NCBI GenBank assembly: GCA_965202585.1
Contig: OZ241827.1
Coordinates: 72,044,001 to 72,108,000, forward strand
Direction of reading: 5' to 3'
Source: Thalia democratica
Lineage: Eukaryota
DNA length: 64,000 nt
Shown one piece after another: positions 36,880-49,233 of this stretch (positions are counted from its first letter, which is position 1; each line of letters opens with the position of its first letter). Under the pieces are notes generated by a model. It searched no databases. It saw only the letters and a list, made by a program, of their open reading frames with translations, and had not been told where the DNA came from. The translations under genes and the position numbers were made by a program.

Positions 36880-39800
36880 AAAAATTAAATAGTAAAAATC
36901 TGATAGATTGAGGTAAAATAGCAAAGATTTAAGAAAAACAACTAAACTTCAGTCAGGCTGAATTTATAAAAAAAATTAAACTAGTCATCTTAAGTAGTCC
37001 ATTTGAGTTAGTATCATAATCACTTTTTACAAGAAAAAAAGGTAATGAATTTTTTGCTAAAATTAATAATTTTTTGTCCTTTTAATGTTTCCAAAATAAA
37101 AGTTTATTTACTATACAAATAAAAAATTTGCAATGTATAGCAAAAAGTTTAAAACGGTGTTTTGCTTTTTCTTTGCACAACTAAAATAACAAAGGTTGCT
37201 TTACTTCTTTGGTCTTTTAAAAAATTAGAAAATTTATTTTTAAATGACTTTAACATTAGTTGTTTATAATAAAAAAAAATTTGAAGGAAAATGGTCAATA
37301 CAAACTGGGGTTAAATTTACAAAGTTTTATAATTACCTTGAATACACCAAACTATTTATAAGCAGATTCAAAAATAAAAAATAAACCCTTATGAGTAAAA
37401 ATTCTAAACCTGAATATCCAGTTAATTTTGAGAAAATACTGCCTTAATTTAAATTAGCTAAGTTTTAAGAAGTAATTAACTGCCTATTATTCCAAAGTAA
37501 TGTTTTTGAAATTATCTTTAAACTTTAAACAAAAAACTAATAATCAAGTGCTAGATTTTCCAAATTTCTAGAAAATCAGTTTGAAAAAAAAAAGTAAACA
37601 ATCAAAAAGGTACTGAAAACAAACTTGTTTAGGGTACTTTTATTTCTTTTAAAGTAATAAACAAAGCCACTAAACTACTGGAAAATTAAACTACTAAAAG
37701 TTAAGTACTACTAAAAAGTGGTCATTTTTTTAAATTATATTTTAATTTCAAAAGTTTATATGCGGTTATCGTTGCAGAGGGGAGAGTGAACTCTGATGTT
37801 TTTCTACAAAAAAATACCAGATTAGGTCAAAATTAAGAATACAGTAGTTTGAACTTAATTCTTTTTATTCTATGTCAAATTGAGTATCACTATAACAGTG
37901 TGTAAAGCTAACATGTATGAATTTCATATTGTCAGTGATATGATTTAAGCTTTAAAATGTGGTGAAATTATTATATAAGAAGTTTGAAGTAATCCAATAT
38001 TGCATTGCTAGCTTGAAATGTAGTTAACATTGAAACATAAAGCAACAATGAATATAAAGCTAAAATGTTTTTTTCTTAAAAGAAAATGTTTTACCAGTGT
38101 TGAACAACTACATAACAAAAATGAGCAATCTTCCTACGTATAAAAAACTGTTACGAGGATAATATATACTTTTCAAAATTTTAACCTTGTTATCTAACCT
38201 TGTTTAATTATATTTTGAACTTATTTTTTAACAATTCAAAGCAAAATTTAAAATTTAACTTTGAATGTACACATCGAATAGTTGTTACTTTTAATAAAGA
38301 TATAAAAGCTAAAATATTTACTCTTTAAAAGAATACATGTTTTAGAATTTTAAAAAGCGTGTAGAAATATTGTATCTACTAAAAAGTTTTATAAAAGTTT
38401 ACAAAAATTACTTAAATTAACAAAGTTTTTTTCAATATTTAAACTTATTGTATCAAGTTTTAATAATTGTAATCTTAAAGACAACTACAAAACTTTTAGC
38501 TTAAATTTTCAAAAAAAGGCTTTAAAACTTTTTGGTGATAATTAAGAGCTAATAAAATTTAATAAAGTATTGGTAGTAGCTAGTAATTAAAAATAAAAGT
38601 TACAAGTAGTTCTCAAAGTTTTAGTACAAAAGAGTTACTAAATAGTTTTTTTTAACACGATTATCTATTTTAATGATTAACAGCATTACTTCGTAAGATA
38701 AAAAAGTTATTACAAAACCTTATTTGTAATGTATTTGTTACGTTTAAAAACATATTTAATTTAACTCACTTAAACTTAAAAATGTTGCACCTAACTAAAC
38801 ATAACTTTTAATATAAAAATTTGTTACATCTCTACCAATTATAATTATATTTAAAAAAATACTATAACAGATATTAAGTTCATATTTTTAGTAAGCGCTT
38901 TTTTATTTTACTAATCTTAATTATTATTGCTTTACCTATCATTTAATAAAATATTAAAATGTTTCAATTTTTCTTTAAACAAACTATTTTAAAACTATAA
39001 TTCTTATGATTTGTTTATTATCAATTATTTTAAATAACATTTTTGTATAAAAACTGTAATATCATTGACATTTCGAACATTAAAATAAGTAAGTATATGA
39101 AAAGAAAATTGTATCGTGAAATAAACTTTAATAACCATCAACTTTTAATCATTTAACTTATAGTGTATATTTAAAAAACAGCTGGTAGTTTTAAAGTTTG
39201 TACAAAATTAATGGAGTAAGAATTGTTGACATATAAATGTGGTGAACAAAACTGTTATAATTGTATGTTATAATATTATTACATGTTTAAAAATATGGTC
39301 AGTTTTGTTATTATAACAAAAGTAATGTATACTGTTTAGAAACAGTTTTAAAATGTTAAAGTAAAGGAGAATATGAACTTAAGATTCATTTACAAACTAT
39401 AAGTAGAGGTTTGAAATATATCACAGAGAGTTTGTAAAATTAACTGCTCTTTTAATGTTACGCCACTAAAAGTTAGAAGCATGATTTGCTTGAGTGAATT
39501 GGCACTTTAGTTATAAGCGCAAATGTTACTAAAAAACATCAGTTACAATTTTAATTAGTGATCTGTTGGATCTAATACTTAAGATCCGGATATTTTTTCT
39601 AATTTAAGATCTGGATACTTTTCTTATTAAAGATTCGGCCGGTTCCGGATCCTAAACGTTTTAAGTACTTTCTATAGAGAACAATTTTATACTACTATTT
39701 TTTAGTAAAAACTGTTTAATACATATATTTTGTTAAAAATACACAATGTTGTTGTCTAAATGTTTTATTTGAATACTAGGAAAAAGAAAGTTGTTGAAAA

Positions 39801-40384
39801 CAAAACATCTACCAATACAAAATGTCAGTTTAAATATTTAATTTCAAGCTAGTACTTATACGGCTAATTTTGAATCTTTTACTTGTATGACGTAAATCAA
39901 AATTAAATGTTACAATACTTTTAAAAATAAAGATTTTTTTTATGATAGGTCTTACATTAGACTTTTACTTACAATAAGTTTTTAAAGACTGTTTACATAT
40001 ACAAAATAAGTAGTTTATTTAAAAACATTTAGTTATATTAACGCCATTAAGCTACAAAGAAGCCTATTCTATTTTTGCATAGAAAAATTGAAGAAAAAAA
40101 GATTTCTAGATAAGGTATGCAGCTAAATAGTTTCACAAAACCTTTTATTCACAGTAAGTAGTATAAAAAATTTATTAAAAAAATCTCAATGCTTAGTTTC
40201 TTCAACAGAAAACGTTCAGTAAAATTCGCATGTGTTTAAAGTTCAGTTTTATAGACTTATTCCATTAAAACTTTTAGTTGGTATTTAACGTACTTGAGTC
40301 CATTATAAATTAACAAAGTCTCAAGGTAAATCTATAACACAATAAAAAATTCATTAGTTCTTTCACAATGACCATATTCTGCAG

Positions 40385-40486
40385 GTGTGATGCTTTACTT
40401 CGCTTTGAAAGAAAATTGCATTCACTTTACAGAACTTATGAAAGAGTGCAAGTCCGCAGGCTTTCATCTGAAACGTTTTGTTAATG
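40385..40486 (+). other. Isolated exon-like segment (102 nt, phase 1-1) of an unidentified gene
   Basis: Acceptor atattctgcag|, donor |gtgagt, open frame VMLYFALKENCIHFTELMKECKSAGFHLKRFVN, GC higher than flanks. No convincing partner exons found. Confidence 0.4.
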
Positions 40487-41169
40487 GTGAGTTAGTTTTA
40501 AAAGTTTGTTTCAAGGAGTTCATGTAATAAAAATAAACTGAGAAACCTAAATACATGCTGCAATTTGGAGTACTTGAGAAAGAGTGCAACGGCAATACTC
40601 AACCCACAAGTTTTAAGAGGATCAAAAAAAATTAATGCTGTTAATAATGATCAAATGTAATAAAAACATACAACGCATCGAATGTTGAAAATTTTCTTAT
40701 AAAAGTAACTTTGAAGTATTATTTGCTGATTACTTAAATTATGAGAAGTATAGTAGTACTAAAATAGTAGTTTTGAAACTTGCAAATCATCTATTGAAAC
40801 TTGGCTAGGGAAGTTTAACAACTACTATTGTAGTACTACTTAAAATTAAAATAAAACTAATTATTAAGATTGTTTCCTACAAGTTGTTGAAAATTTATTA
40901 TTGTTACTCTGAGAAATTTTTATAAAGATTGCTAAAAAAAAGAAGGATAAAACAGACTTTTAGTGAAATCTTTGGTACTTGCTTTTTTTATTTGCTCTTT
41001 AAAAAAACCTATTGAACTTTCTAACTTTGATTGGTTGTAGCTTCAAAGCTACTTTTAATCACAAATTTTTTTTTAAACTAATTTGTAGCTTTAAAATTAG
41101 ACTACATTTCAAATAAAACGATTTACCTCCCTCTTTTATGCCCTTAATGAAATTTTATCCAAATATAAT

Positions 41170-41632
41170 TAAAATATTAATGATTATTACCAGTATAACA
41201 AAAAACTACTATAGATCATGTCGTTGGACTATGTTACCAGGATGGACAGGGTCACTTTCCCATATTATATCTTTAATTTCCTTAGAAAATGATGTCATAC
41301 CGAAAAAGATCCCAAGACTCAGAAGGGATGAGTTTCCAATTAACTATTAGACAGTACAAATCTAAATGTTATAGTCGCTATATAAGGTTTGACTATATCT
41401 TTATGAACACAATACTAGTGCATTTTATTGGTGCACCAGATAATTCTTGCAGATGCTATAGTATTGAAAACAAAAAAAAAGTTACACAAAACAAAAATAT
41501 GAAAAACGTAGAAATATACCATCAGTTTCATCAACATTTCAAATCTAAACACACAGTATCAGACATTGAAAATTTATTAAAAGCTAGGACCCATCTAGCA
41601 ACAACTGCAGTAGGTATAAGAAGTATTCTACA
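41170..41632 (+). mobile_element. Further copy of a NOF-like array fragment, cut by a hAT-like MITE end at ~41633
   Basis: Aligns with 27815-28225 (ccagtataacaaaaactacta...gacccatctagcaacaactgcagtag); followed by cagtggcgtgtc. Confidence 0.75.
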
Positions 41633-43312
41633 TCAGTGGCGTGTCTTGACTGGTTTCCTGTTTTTTGTGAAGCCCCTGAAAAAAAAGAAAAAAAATGTGT
41701 TTTGAATATCACTAAAAACGTTGTTTATTGACTTTGTTTTGGTTATTTGATAAACTTTAAATAATGAATGTTGGACTTATAACATTTAAAGATTAAAAAG
41801 TTGCAGTAACAAAAAATTCTCGTTTTTGCCCAGCTGAAACAGATTAAATAAAAGTATAATTGTGACGTCATAATAGGTAAAAGTTTTAAAGTAGCATTTT
41901 TTTTCTATGACTCTTTTTACTAAGATGCTCTTAGTTCCTAATATAAATTGTTACTTACTGTAAAAAACTTTTGATTAAGTATTGTTATTGAAATAGTAAG
42001 TGCAATTTTACCTAAAAAATGTCCAATATAATCACTAAAGTTTTATGTTACTTAGTTTATTGTATATAAAATGTTGTGTGAAGCTTTAGTGTTTTGTTGT
42101 TATATAACAATGTTGTGTTTGTACTTAAACATTTATATTATTTGTTTATGTGTGAACCAACTGGGTTTAAACCTTGAAAAGTTTAATTCAGAGAGTTTAC
42201 AAAATCATCATTAGACAACTACACCACCTGGCAAATTATTCTTTTATCATTTAATGGTATTTTAATATTTTTATTTAAGCTGTTTTATTTTTGTATATCT
42301 GTCTGCCACAAGGTTGATTCTTGATTTTTTAAAATTTTTAACTCAAAGAGATTTCAAAACCATCATTAGAATCCCTGCACCATCAGGCAAACATTTAAAT
42401 AAAATTTAAAGATATTTAATTGTATAAGTCTAAAAGTTTTTTTAGTGAAATTTCACTTTTTATAGATTAAGTTTCTTGAAAAAATATTTTTATATAAGGA
42501 GATATATAAATGTAAGGAGTTAAAAGAAAAACTTGTAAGAACTCCATGTATATTAACATTTGAATCAAAATTGAATTTCTCTTTAAATTTAAGTTAAATC
42601 TTATGAACTTACAAATTGTATATAAAAATTCAAATCTGTTATTTAAAAAAAATATTACAGACATAACTAACTTACTCTATAAAGAATTAACTTTTTTATC
42701 AGGAAACAATGTCATAAAATAATTAAAACTAGAATTAATTTCTATAAAGATATTTTAATTTAATTGTATAAAAATCAACATTTTTTTAAATTAAATATTA
42801 ATTTTTATAGAATAAGTTAGTTACTAGAATTTCATAATTATTGACTTTCCCAAATATTGAAGGTAATATTTACTAAAGGAAGTTGATTAAACTTCTTAAT
42901 TGTTTTAGAATGATTAAAATTAATATTCACGTATCAATTCTAAGTTCTGAGTATGTAGTTGAACGGGCGATAAAAAGTTAAGACAGCACATATTAATTAG
43001 TAGCAGAGACATGTTTTGACTGGTTGCCTGTGCGACCCCTAAATAAAAACAATTAAACGTAATTAAACAAAATTGATTTAGTGTTTATTTTCAGATAGTT
43101 TATAAAAAATTCTTATCAGTCTGCTAACGTTTTGGTATCAGTAAAACATAGTTTACATTTCTTTGCATAAATGACGTAGTTTTATTAGATTTTCTTAAAA
43201 AAACAGCAAACTAATGACGTACACTAAGACTTTCATAATTAAAAAAGTATAATTTCTGTGTAAAAATATTGAACTAAGAAATTTAAACATAAGTCACTCG
43301 TTTAAAATGCAG

Positions 43313-44143
43313 CACAAACAGGGTTGTTGAGAAGGTGCTCTTGGATAGATGACTGATCACCTTTCGGCTGGCTAAGCAAGCTTCATTAGCTGTAAAATCA
43401 ACCTTGATTAGCGTTTTGCTATGTGTTGTGTACAACACCAACCGCCCACTTAACGGAATTGCGAAAGATGCCAAACCTATCCATGATTTAAGTAATGTAG
43501 TATACATATTTAAATGTCGTTGCGGATATGACTACTTAGCTCTAACATCTTAACGTTTCCGCGTCAGGCGAAAGCAGCATGTCACGAAAAAGTTAATAAG
43601 GTTTATTTTTAATGACGATGTTAAGCCGAAAGGTGAACAGTCATCTATCTAAGTGCACCTCCTCAACAACCCTGTTTGTGTTGAGAACTACCTGGATAGT
43701 AGGTTCAAAATTCTATCTAGAGCGAGTACACTTACAATCTCTCAGTTCTAGAATCTTTGTTTATTAGAACTCGTGAGCCGAAAATTTGCAAACAAAGAGA
43801 TTTTTAAAATTTAAAACTTTCTAAATAGCGTGTTTTTATTATTATTGTTGTCGTTTATTGTCGTATTTTTATACTGTAATTTTTATTTAATTTTATTTCC
43901 GGTAAAATTTCTACTATCTTTAATATTCTTTTTTTTACGATTTTTTTTTACAAACAACTTCAAATTTATAAGTTTAATTTAACTTTAACTTAAACACTTT
44001 AAACAGACTTTTATGCTTTATGACGTAACAATTTTTAGCTAGGTATTTCAAAATTATCATTCATAACTAAATTTATAGTATAATATTATCAGTTTTTAGC
44101 AAGTTTATTCTGATGATGAGATTTACGAAATTAATGAATAAAC
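43313..44143 (+). mobile_element. 5'-truncated Penelope-like element 3' end (GIY-YIG endonuclease + pLTR) preceded by an inverted fragment
   Basis: TNRPLNGIAKDAKPIHDLSNVVYIFKCRCGYDYLALTS*RFRVRRKQHV...HLLNNPVCVENYLDSRFKILSRA is a Penelope GIY-YIG. 43313-43369 is a 57-bp inverted copy of 43624-43680 (4 mismatches). A hammerhead-like motif lies at the 3' end. Confidence 0.85.
44103..44143 (+). ncRNA. Degenerate minimal hammerhead ribozyme in the Penelope pLTR
   Basis: GUUUAUU-CUGAUGA-U-G(AGAUUUA)C-GAA-AUUAAU-G-AAUAAAC. Perfect 7-bp stem I and palindromic stem III, but G at the cleavage position 17. Confidence 0.6.
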
Positions 44144-45641
44144 CTTTTTAAAATGATTGACCTATGTTTAGATCTTTTAGTTAAAACTAGTACCAAAACC
44201 AAACTATTTATAAACAAAAAAAGTTGCAAGTTTTCGAACGGAAAATATTTATTCAATAATAACCGATCAAAAAGTTTTAAGAAACTATCATTGAATGATT
44301 CACAGCCTAAAAGGTTTATATTTTTTAATTGCAAATTAGTAGTTATAAAAATTTTAAATATAGTATTCATTTTTTTCTTTGACTAAGTAATTTACTTACA
44401 TATTGTTGTATAAGTTTAGCAATTTTTAATAAAGTTATTTTATTGTTATGATTAGTTTCTAGTTTCTTATTTATAAAATTTTATGTTTTAAATGGTATTT
44501 AAACAATGCATGCAATACTTATCAGAATTTCATTGTTAAAGGGAATTAAGCTAACAATTAAACTATTTTACGAAGAATTTTAGAATCGAACTACTTATTA
44601 AGAATTTACATTAAGTTTTACTGTTTTTTTCAATTTTTTTAATTAGATAAAAATTATATACTAAAGAAAGTTTTCAATAGATTTGTAGTAGACAGTGATA
44701 TAATTTTTTTAAGTGTATTGATAAAATCTACTACATAAATTAATATTTTTTTTAAAACAAAAAAGTCTGGACACCCCTTTCGATAAGTAATAATGCTTAA
44801 TGCTGGTTAAATTGTATATTGTTTTATGTTACTATATAAAACATCAAACTCCTTATATTTATAAAATACGTTTGTAAGAATCTAGAATATAAGTTTAGTT
44901 TAAAAAACTTCAACTTGTTATATTATCATTTTTATTGCCCTGTAACAAGTTATGTCAAACACACTCTAGTTCTTTACACAGTTTCCAAAATAATTTTGTG
45001 TCCAATTAATATCAAAAATAGGTTTAAAAAATTTATAAAGAAATTTCTAAAAAAGTAGCTCAGTAAGCCTTTATAAGTTTTTTACTAAAAATAGTCAGTG
45101 TTATGAATAAAAGATATAAACAATTTTAACACTTGAAGTTTAAGTTTCTATCCGATTACTTGTATGCTTTTATTGTCAAAGAGTTTTTTGGATATTCGGT
45201 TAATCTGGCTTATGATAGTTTTAACAGTCAGACGTTAAGCACAAGTTCAATATTTAAACCATATGATACCATTGTGTGAAAGCAACAAATATGTAACATG
45301 GTTTAACCTATATTATCTTCTTTAGTTTTTAAGTGAATACAAAAAGTTTTTAACTTAGCACTTAAGATATAATTTATCGTAGTAAATAAATATTACGTTT
45401 CATTAAATAAGCAGTATTTAATACTGTAAATCTTTTTAAATCCTAATTTGTTTTAAACCTTAAAAATTCATAGCTGTTTTTTTTTTAATTTACTTAACTA
45501 TTATAAAACAGACAACAAGTAGGATTTTTTAATCTTTTTATTTGAGCAATGATTTTAAAAAATTAAGTAAAGCTTTTTAATACAGTAAACACATGTTAGT
45601 TGACCCATAAAAGTTTCACATTATTTTTTATTATGTCTTTA

Positions 45642-48600
45642 TCATCTTCTGTTTTCATAAGGACGGAATCTACTTCTTCTACGATCATTAGTAGGTGAAC
45701 GTCTGCTACGACCATTAGTAGGTGACTTTCTCCTACGATCATTAGTAGGTGAACGTCTTCTACGATCATTAGTAGGTGAACGTCTTCTACGACCATTAGT
45801 AGGTGAACGTCTTCTACTTTGTTGATTGTTACAATTCTTAAAATCTTGTTGGTTCGCAGCATAATTTTGTGCATTCATATGACTAGGTACAGTGTTATAC
45901 ATGGCGTAATTCTGATTCATTTGAGCGTAGTATTTCGAAGAAGCGCTTCCATAGTTGTTATAGCTTTGTTGTAAGTACAACTGTTGGTAGTAAGCTATTT
46001 GTTGCTGGTAAGCTAACTGCTGCTGTTTGGCTAACTGCTGTGTACCTAACTGCTGTGTTTCTAAATGCTGTGTTGCTAAATGCTGATGAAGAATAGCTAA
46101 ATTCTGTTGTTGTCTTAAATAAGCTTGGTTTGTACTCAAATCGCTGTTAGGAGCTTGTACAATATTATTTACAACAACTGGTTTTGAGTTTATTTCCATT
46201 TTAGTAAAATTACTTGGTCTCTCAGATGTTTCATCAGGTGAACTACCCTGTTGAGATGATTGCATTTCTGTGGAACTTGTCTTTAGTTTTTCTGATTCGC
46301 TAGTTTGTAGTTGACTAGGCAAAGAAGTTGAAGTTTTCTGTTCAACTTTGACATCGTTCTTAACTCTGACAGTTTTTGCAATTTCTTCAGGTAGATGCTG
46401 TGCAATTTGTTGACGTTTACAATAAGTGCATTCTACACTAAAGAAGTTTTTGTCTTTGTGTTCAACTGATGAATTTTCATCAATAAGATCCAAAAATGAT
46501 TTAGTTTCAGCTCCTAGGCTAACTTTCTGCTTAACGCCTTCAAACTTCTTGAACTTAGTTCCTATAAACCACTTCTTTGAACACCATTCATTTTTGTCAT
46601 TATCATTTGTAGGACTACAGTTCAAGTTTATATGTAGTTCATCAATGACTTCTTTTTTTTCAATTTTTTCCACAAGCTTTTTTATCTTTGATTCAAAATA
46701 CCCTTTCCAAGAATTAAACCTTTTTTCGTCTGTTGCGTATATACTGACTACGAAAAAATGATGGTATGTGTTGAAAAATTCGGCTTTGTCAAACAGTGTT
46801 TTCCATTCAGTTTTATTTGCCAGAATATCTTGCATAATTTTAACACCACGCTTTAACTCTTTGCAAATAATTTGTTTTGATGAGTGACTGATGCTGTAAG
46901 TTGAATTGAACTGCGGATATGATGGAGTTATAATGGGCATTACATTTTCTTCTGACTCTGGCTTCCAAACATTAATGCCTGGAAATTTCTCGTCTTTAGT
47001 TTCCTTTAATGTAACAGGTTCACGCCAGTTCCTTTAAATTAGAAATTTATCATTTTGGTTTTCAATTTTAAGTTATTGATATCGTGTCACTATTTTACTT
47101 CAAAAACAATAGCTTAAGAAAATATTTAAACAATTTAAATTATTTAAATTTGTTTGAATTTTAATAAATATGTTAGATCGCATTAACACCACACATAACT
47201 AAATAATATACTTACCATGTGCTAAAGGTTTTGAAAAATTGATTAAGAAGTAAATTAAAAGAAGCATTTGGAAATTTTTGACAAATTTTCACTACTAAAA
47301 ATGCACATTGAACACCTCCCAAATATCCCATTATGTTGCTGTATATTCCTCTATCTATAAAAATTTTAATTTAAATTATCTATTATTACTATAAATTAAA
47401 ATACACTAAAACATGCTTGACATTACGGAAAAAAACATTATAAGAAAAAGTGGTTTAGTAAGCTATGAAGCTCATTTTTAGTAATTATGTATGTTATGCT
47501 GTTTAAAAAATATGTATAAATTTCTTAAACTTATTTTAACAACTAATTCAAATAATTTTTAAGCAATTTATACAATTGTTTTACTATAATTTAAATTTTG
47601 ACCTGAAAGTTGTAGAAATAAGTGCTTAAATTAGTTTTTATTTATTTTAAAAATTAGTTTAAGCGAGTAGTTGTTAATTAAGCTTTAATTTTTTTTTAAA
47701 TATTATTGAAAAACTTGTGAAAATTATTGAGTTTATTTTATTAAAATAATTTTAAACAACACAAACTTTTAGCCCAAAGCTTAATAGCTCTAAGAGTAGT
47801 TCTAAATTGTTCTATGTTCGGAGCTAAACTCATTATTTCTTCAGTGTTTCTGAGACCGCTTAGACTTCTATAACACTTCGTTTTCATATTTCTTATTACT
47901 TCATTATTGGTAATTTTGACTTTATTTGATAGTATTGAACCTAACTGCACGTTGACAATTCGCGCAAACGATATATCCAGCTGCAAATGTAAATATTTAA
48001 TTAAATTTAACTATTTGTTACATTTCAAAAATTTTGCTACTATATAAAAGCTAAGACTTAACTGTTTGTACACAAATAATTAAAGCGAAAATTTTATAGT
48101 CAAAACCTTTTAAAAATATTACTTTGTTAATTAATTTATATAAATATCGATGACTTGTATTTAATTTATACTACAAATAACGTAGCTTGTAATTTAAATA
48201 TACCACATTTATATAAGATTATAAAACTAAAGTTAACCTCGATGTTGTTGAAGACTGTTTTTATAACTGGTACGGCTGTGGCGGTTACAAAATTAATCGA
48301 GCTTATTTCAGGTCTTTTTCTGAGCATCTCATAGAATATATTGTTAAAATAACTTCTATAGATAGGTCCCGATACCACAAGAACCGCATCAATGTCAGAA
48401 CTTTTTCCTGAAACACCAAGCGTAAAGGAACCATATTCTATCAATTTTCCTTCAGCATTTTCATTGAACTTATCTGCTGCTTTCTGTAAATGAGTTTATT
48501 TGTATTTTTAAAACTATGCCATTATAATTTAATAGTTTATGGGTATACTACACTATATATGTCATTTTTTTGATTGTTTTACATATTAAACAGAATTGTA

Positions 48601-49233
48601 TTTGGTAATAAGTAGCTGCTATTTGTTTAGATATGTACTTTTAGGTATATTTTCTGATTAAAACTTTATTTTAGTTTTAAATGTTATGAAAATTAGATCA
48701 ATTCATGAAAAAAATCCATTTAATTTATTACTTTAAAGTTAGCAACAATTACTTAAAGTACAAAAAAATGTAAATTATAATAATATTAGTAACTACCTTG
48801 TACTTTGAAATGTTATAAACAAATGGCTTCACTAAAGATTCGTTAAGAATTTCTAATACAGCCTTTCTGGCTTCAGTTGCTTCTTCAATTTCAAATGCTG
48901 AAGTTGTACTCAAGAACTTTGATAATTCTCTAGTCTGTTGAAGGTCTTTATCTGTATTTTAAAATTTATTATTAAATTAAACAATTTAGAAACAATATTT
49001 TTCAATTTTATACACAAGTAATGTAAAGTACATTTTGAATTTTTCTACAGCTATTAAAAAAATTTTTTCAGTTTTCATTTAACTATGAATTTTGAAACAT
49101 TAAACGATAAAAGTCACAATTTAAATAAGTAATTAGTAGACAAATTAATCAGTTAAAAACCTGTTTGACCATTATACACCGTTTGATTAGAAATTTCTTT
49201 ACCTTTGTTTACTTGATTTTGGTTTTTGCTCAT
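45642..49233 (-). CDS. PAPOLA: Canonical-type poly(A) polymerase, divergent, 6 exons, ~738 aa
   Basis: Exons 49233-49161 (alternative donor after 49203), 48951-48797, 48483-48238, 47980-47767, 47354-47216, 47031-45642; total 2217 nt in frame. Motifs GSFTLG...SDIDA, VPVIK, LDISFAR, LRAIKLWAK, IYSNIMGYLGGV, W-W-P-V-L and MPIITPSYPQFNST. The symbol denotes the family, not proven orthology. Confidence 0.92.
45676..45816 (-). repeat. 27-bp coding tandem repeat, 5 x RxxSPTN[GD]R
   Basis: cttctacgatcattagtaggtgaacgt units at the PAP C-terminus. Confidence 0.95.

Noticed and set aside
42467-44386. Short AT-rich ORFs (42467-42664, 44131-44370, 44153-44386 and similar ones elsewhere)
   Set aside because: F/L/I/K/N-biased composition expected from random AT-rich DNA; no motifs or splice support.
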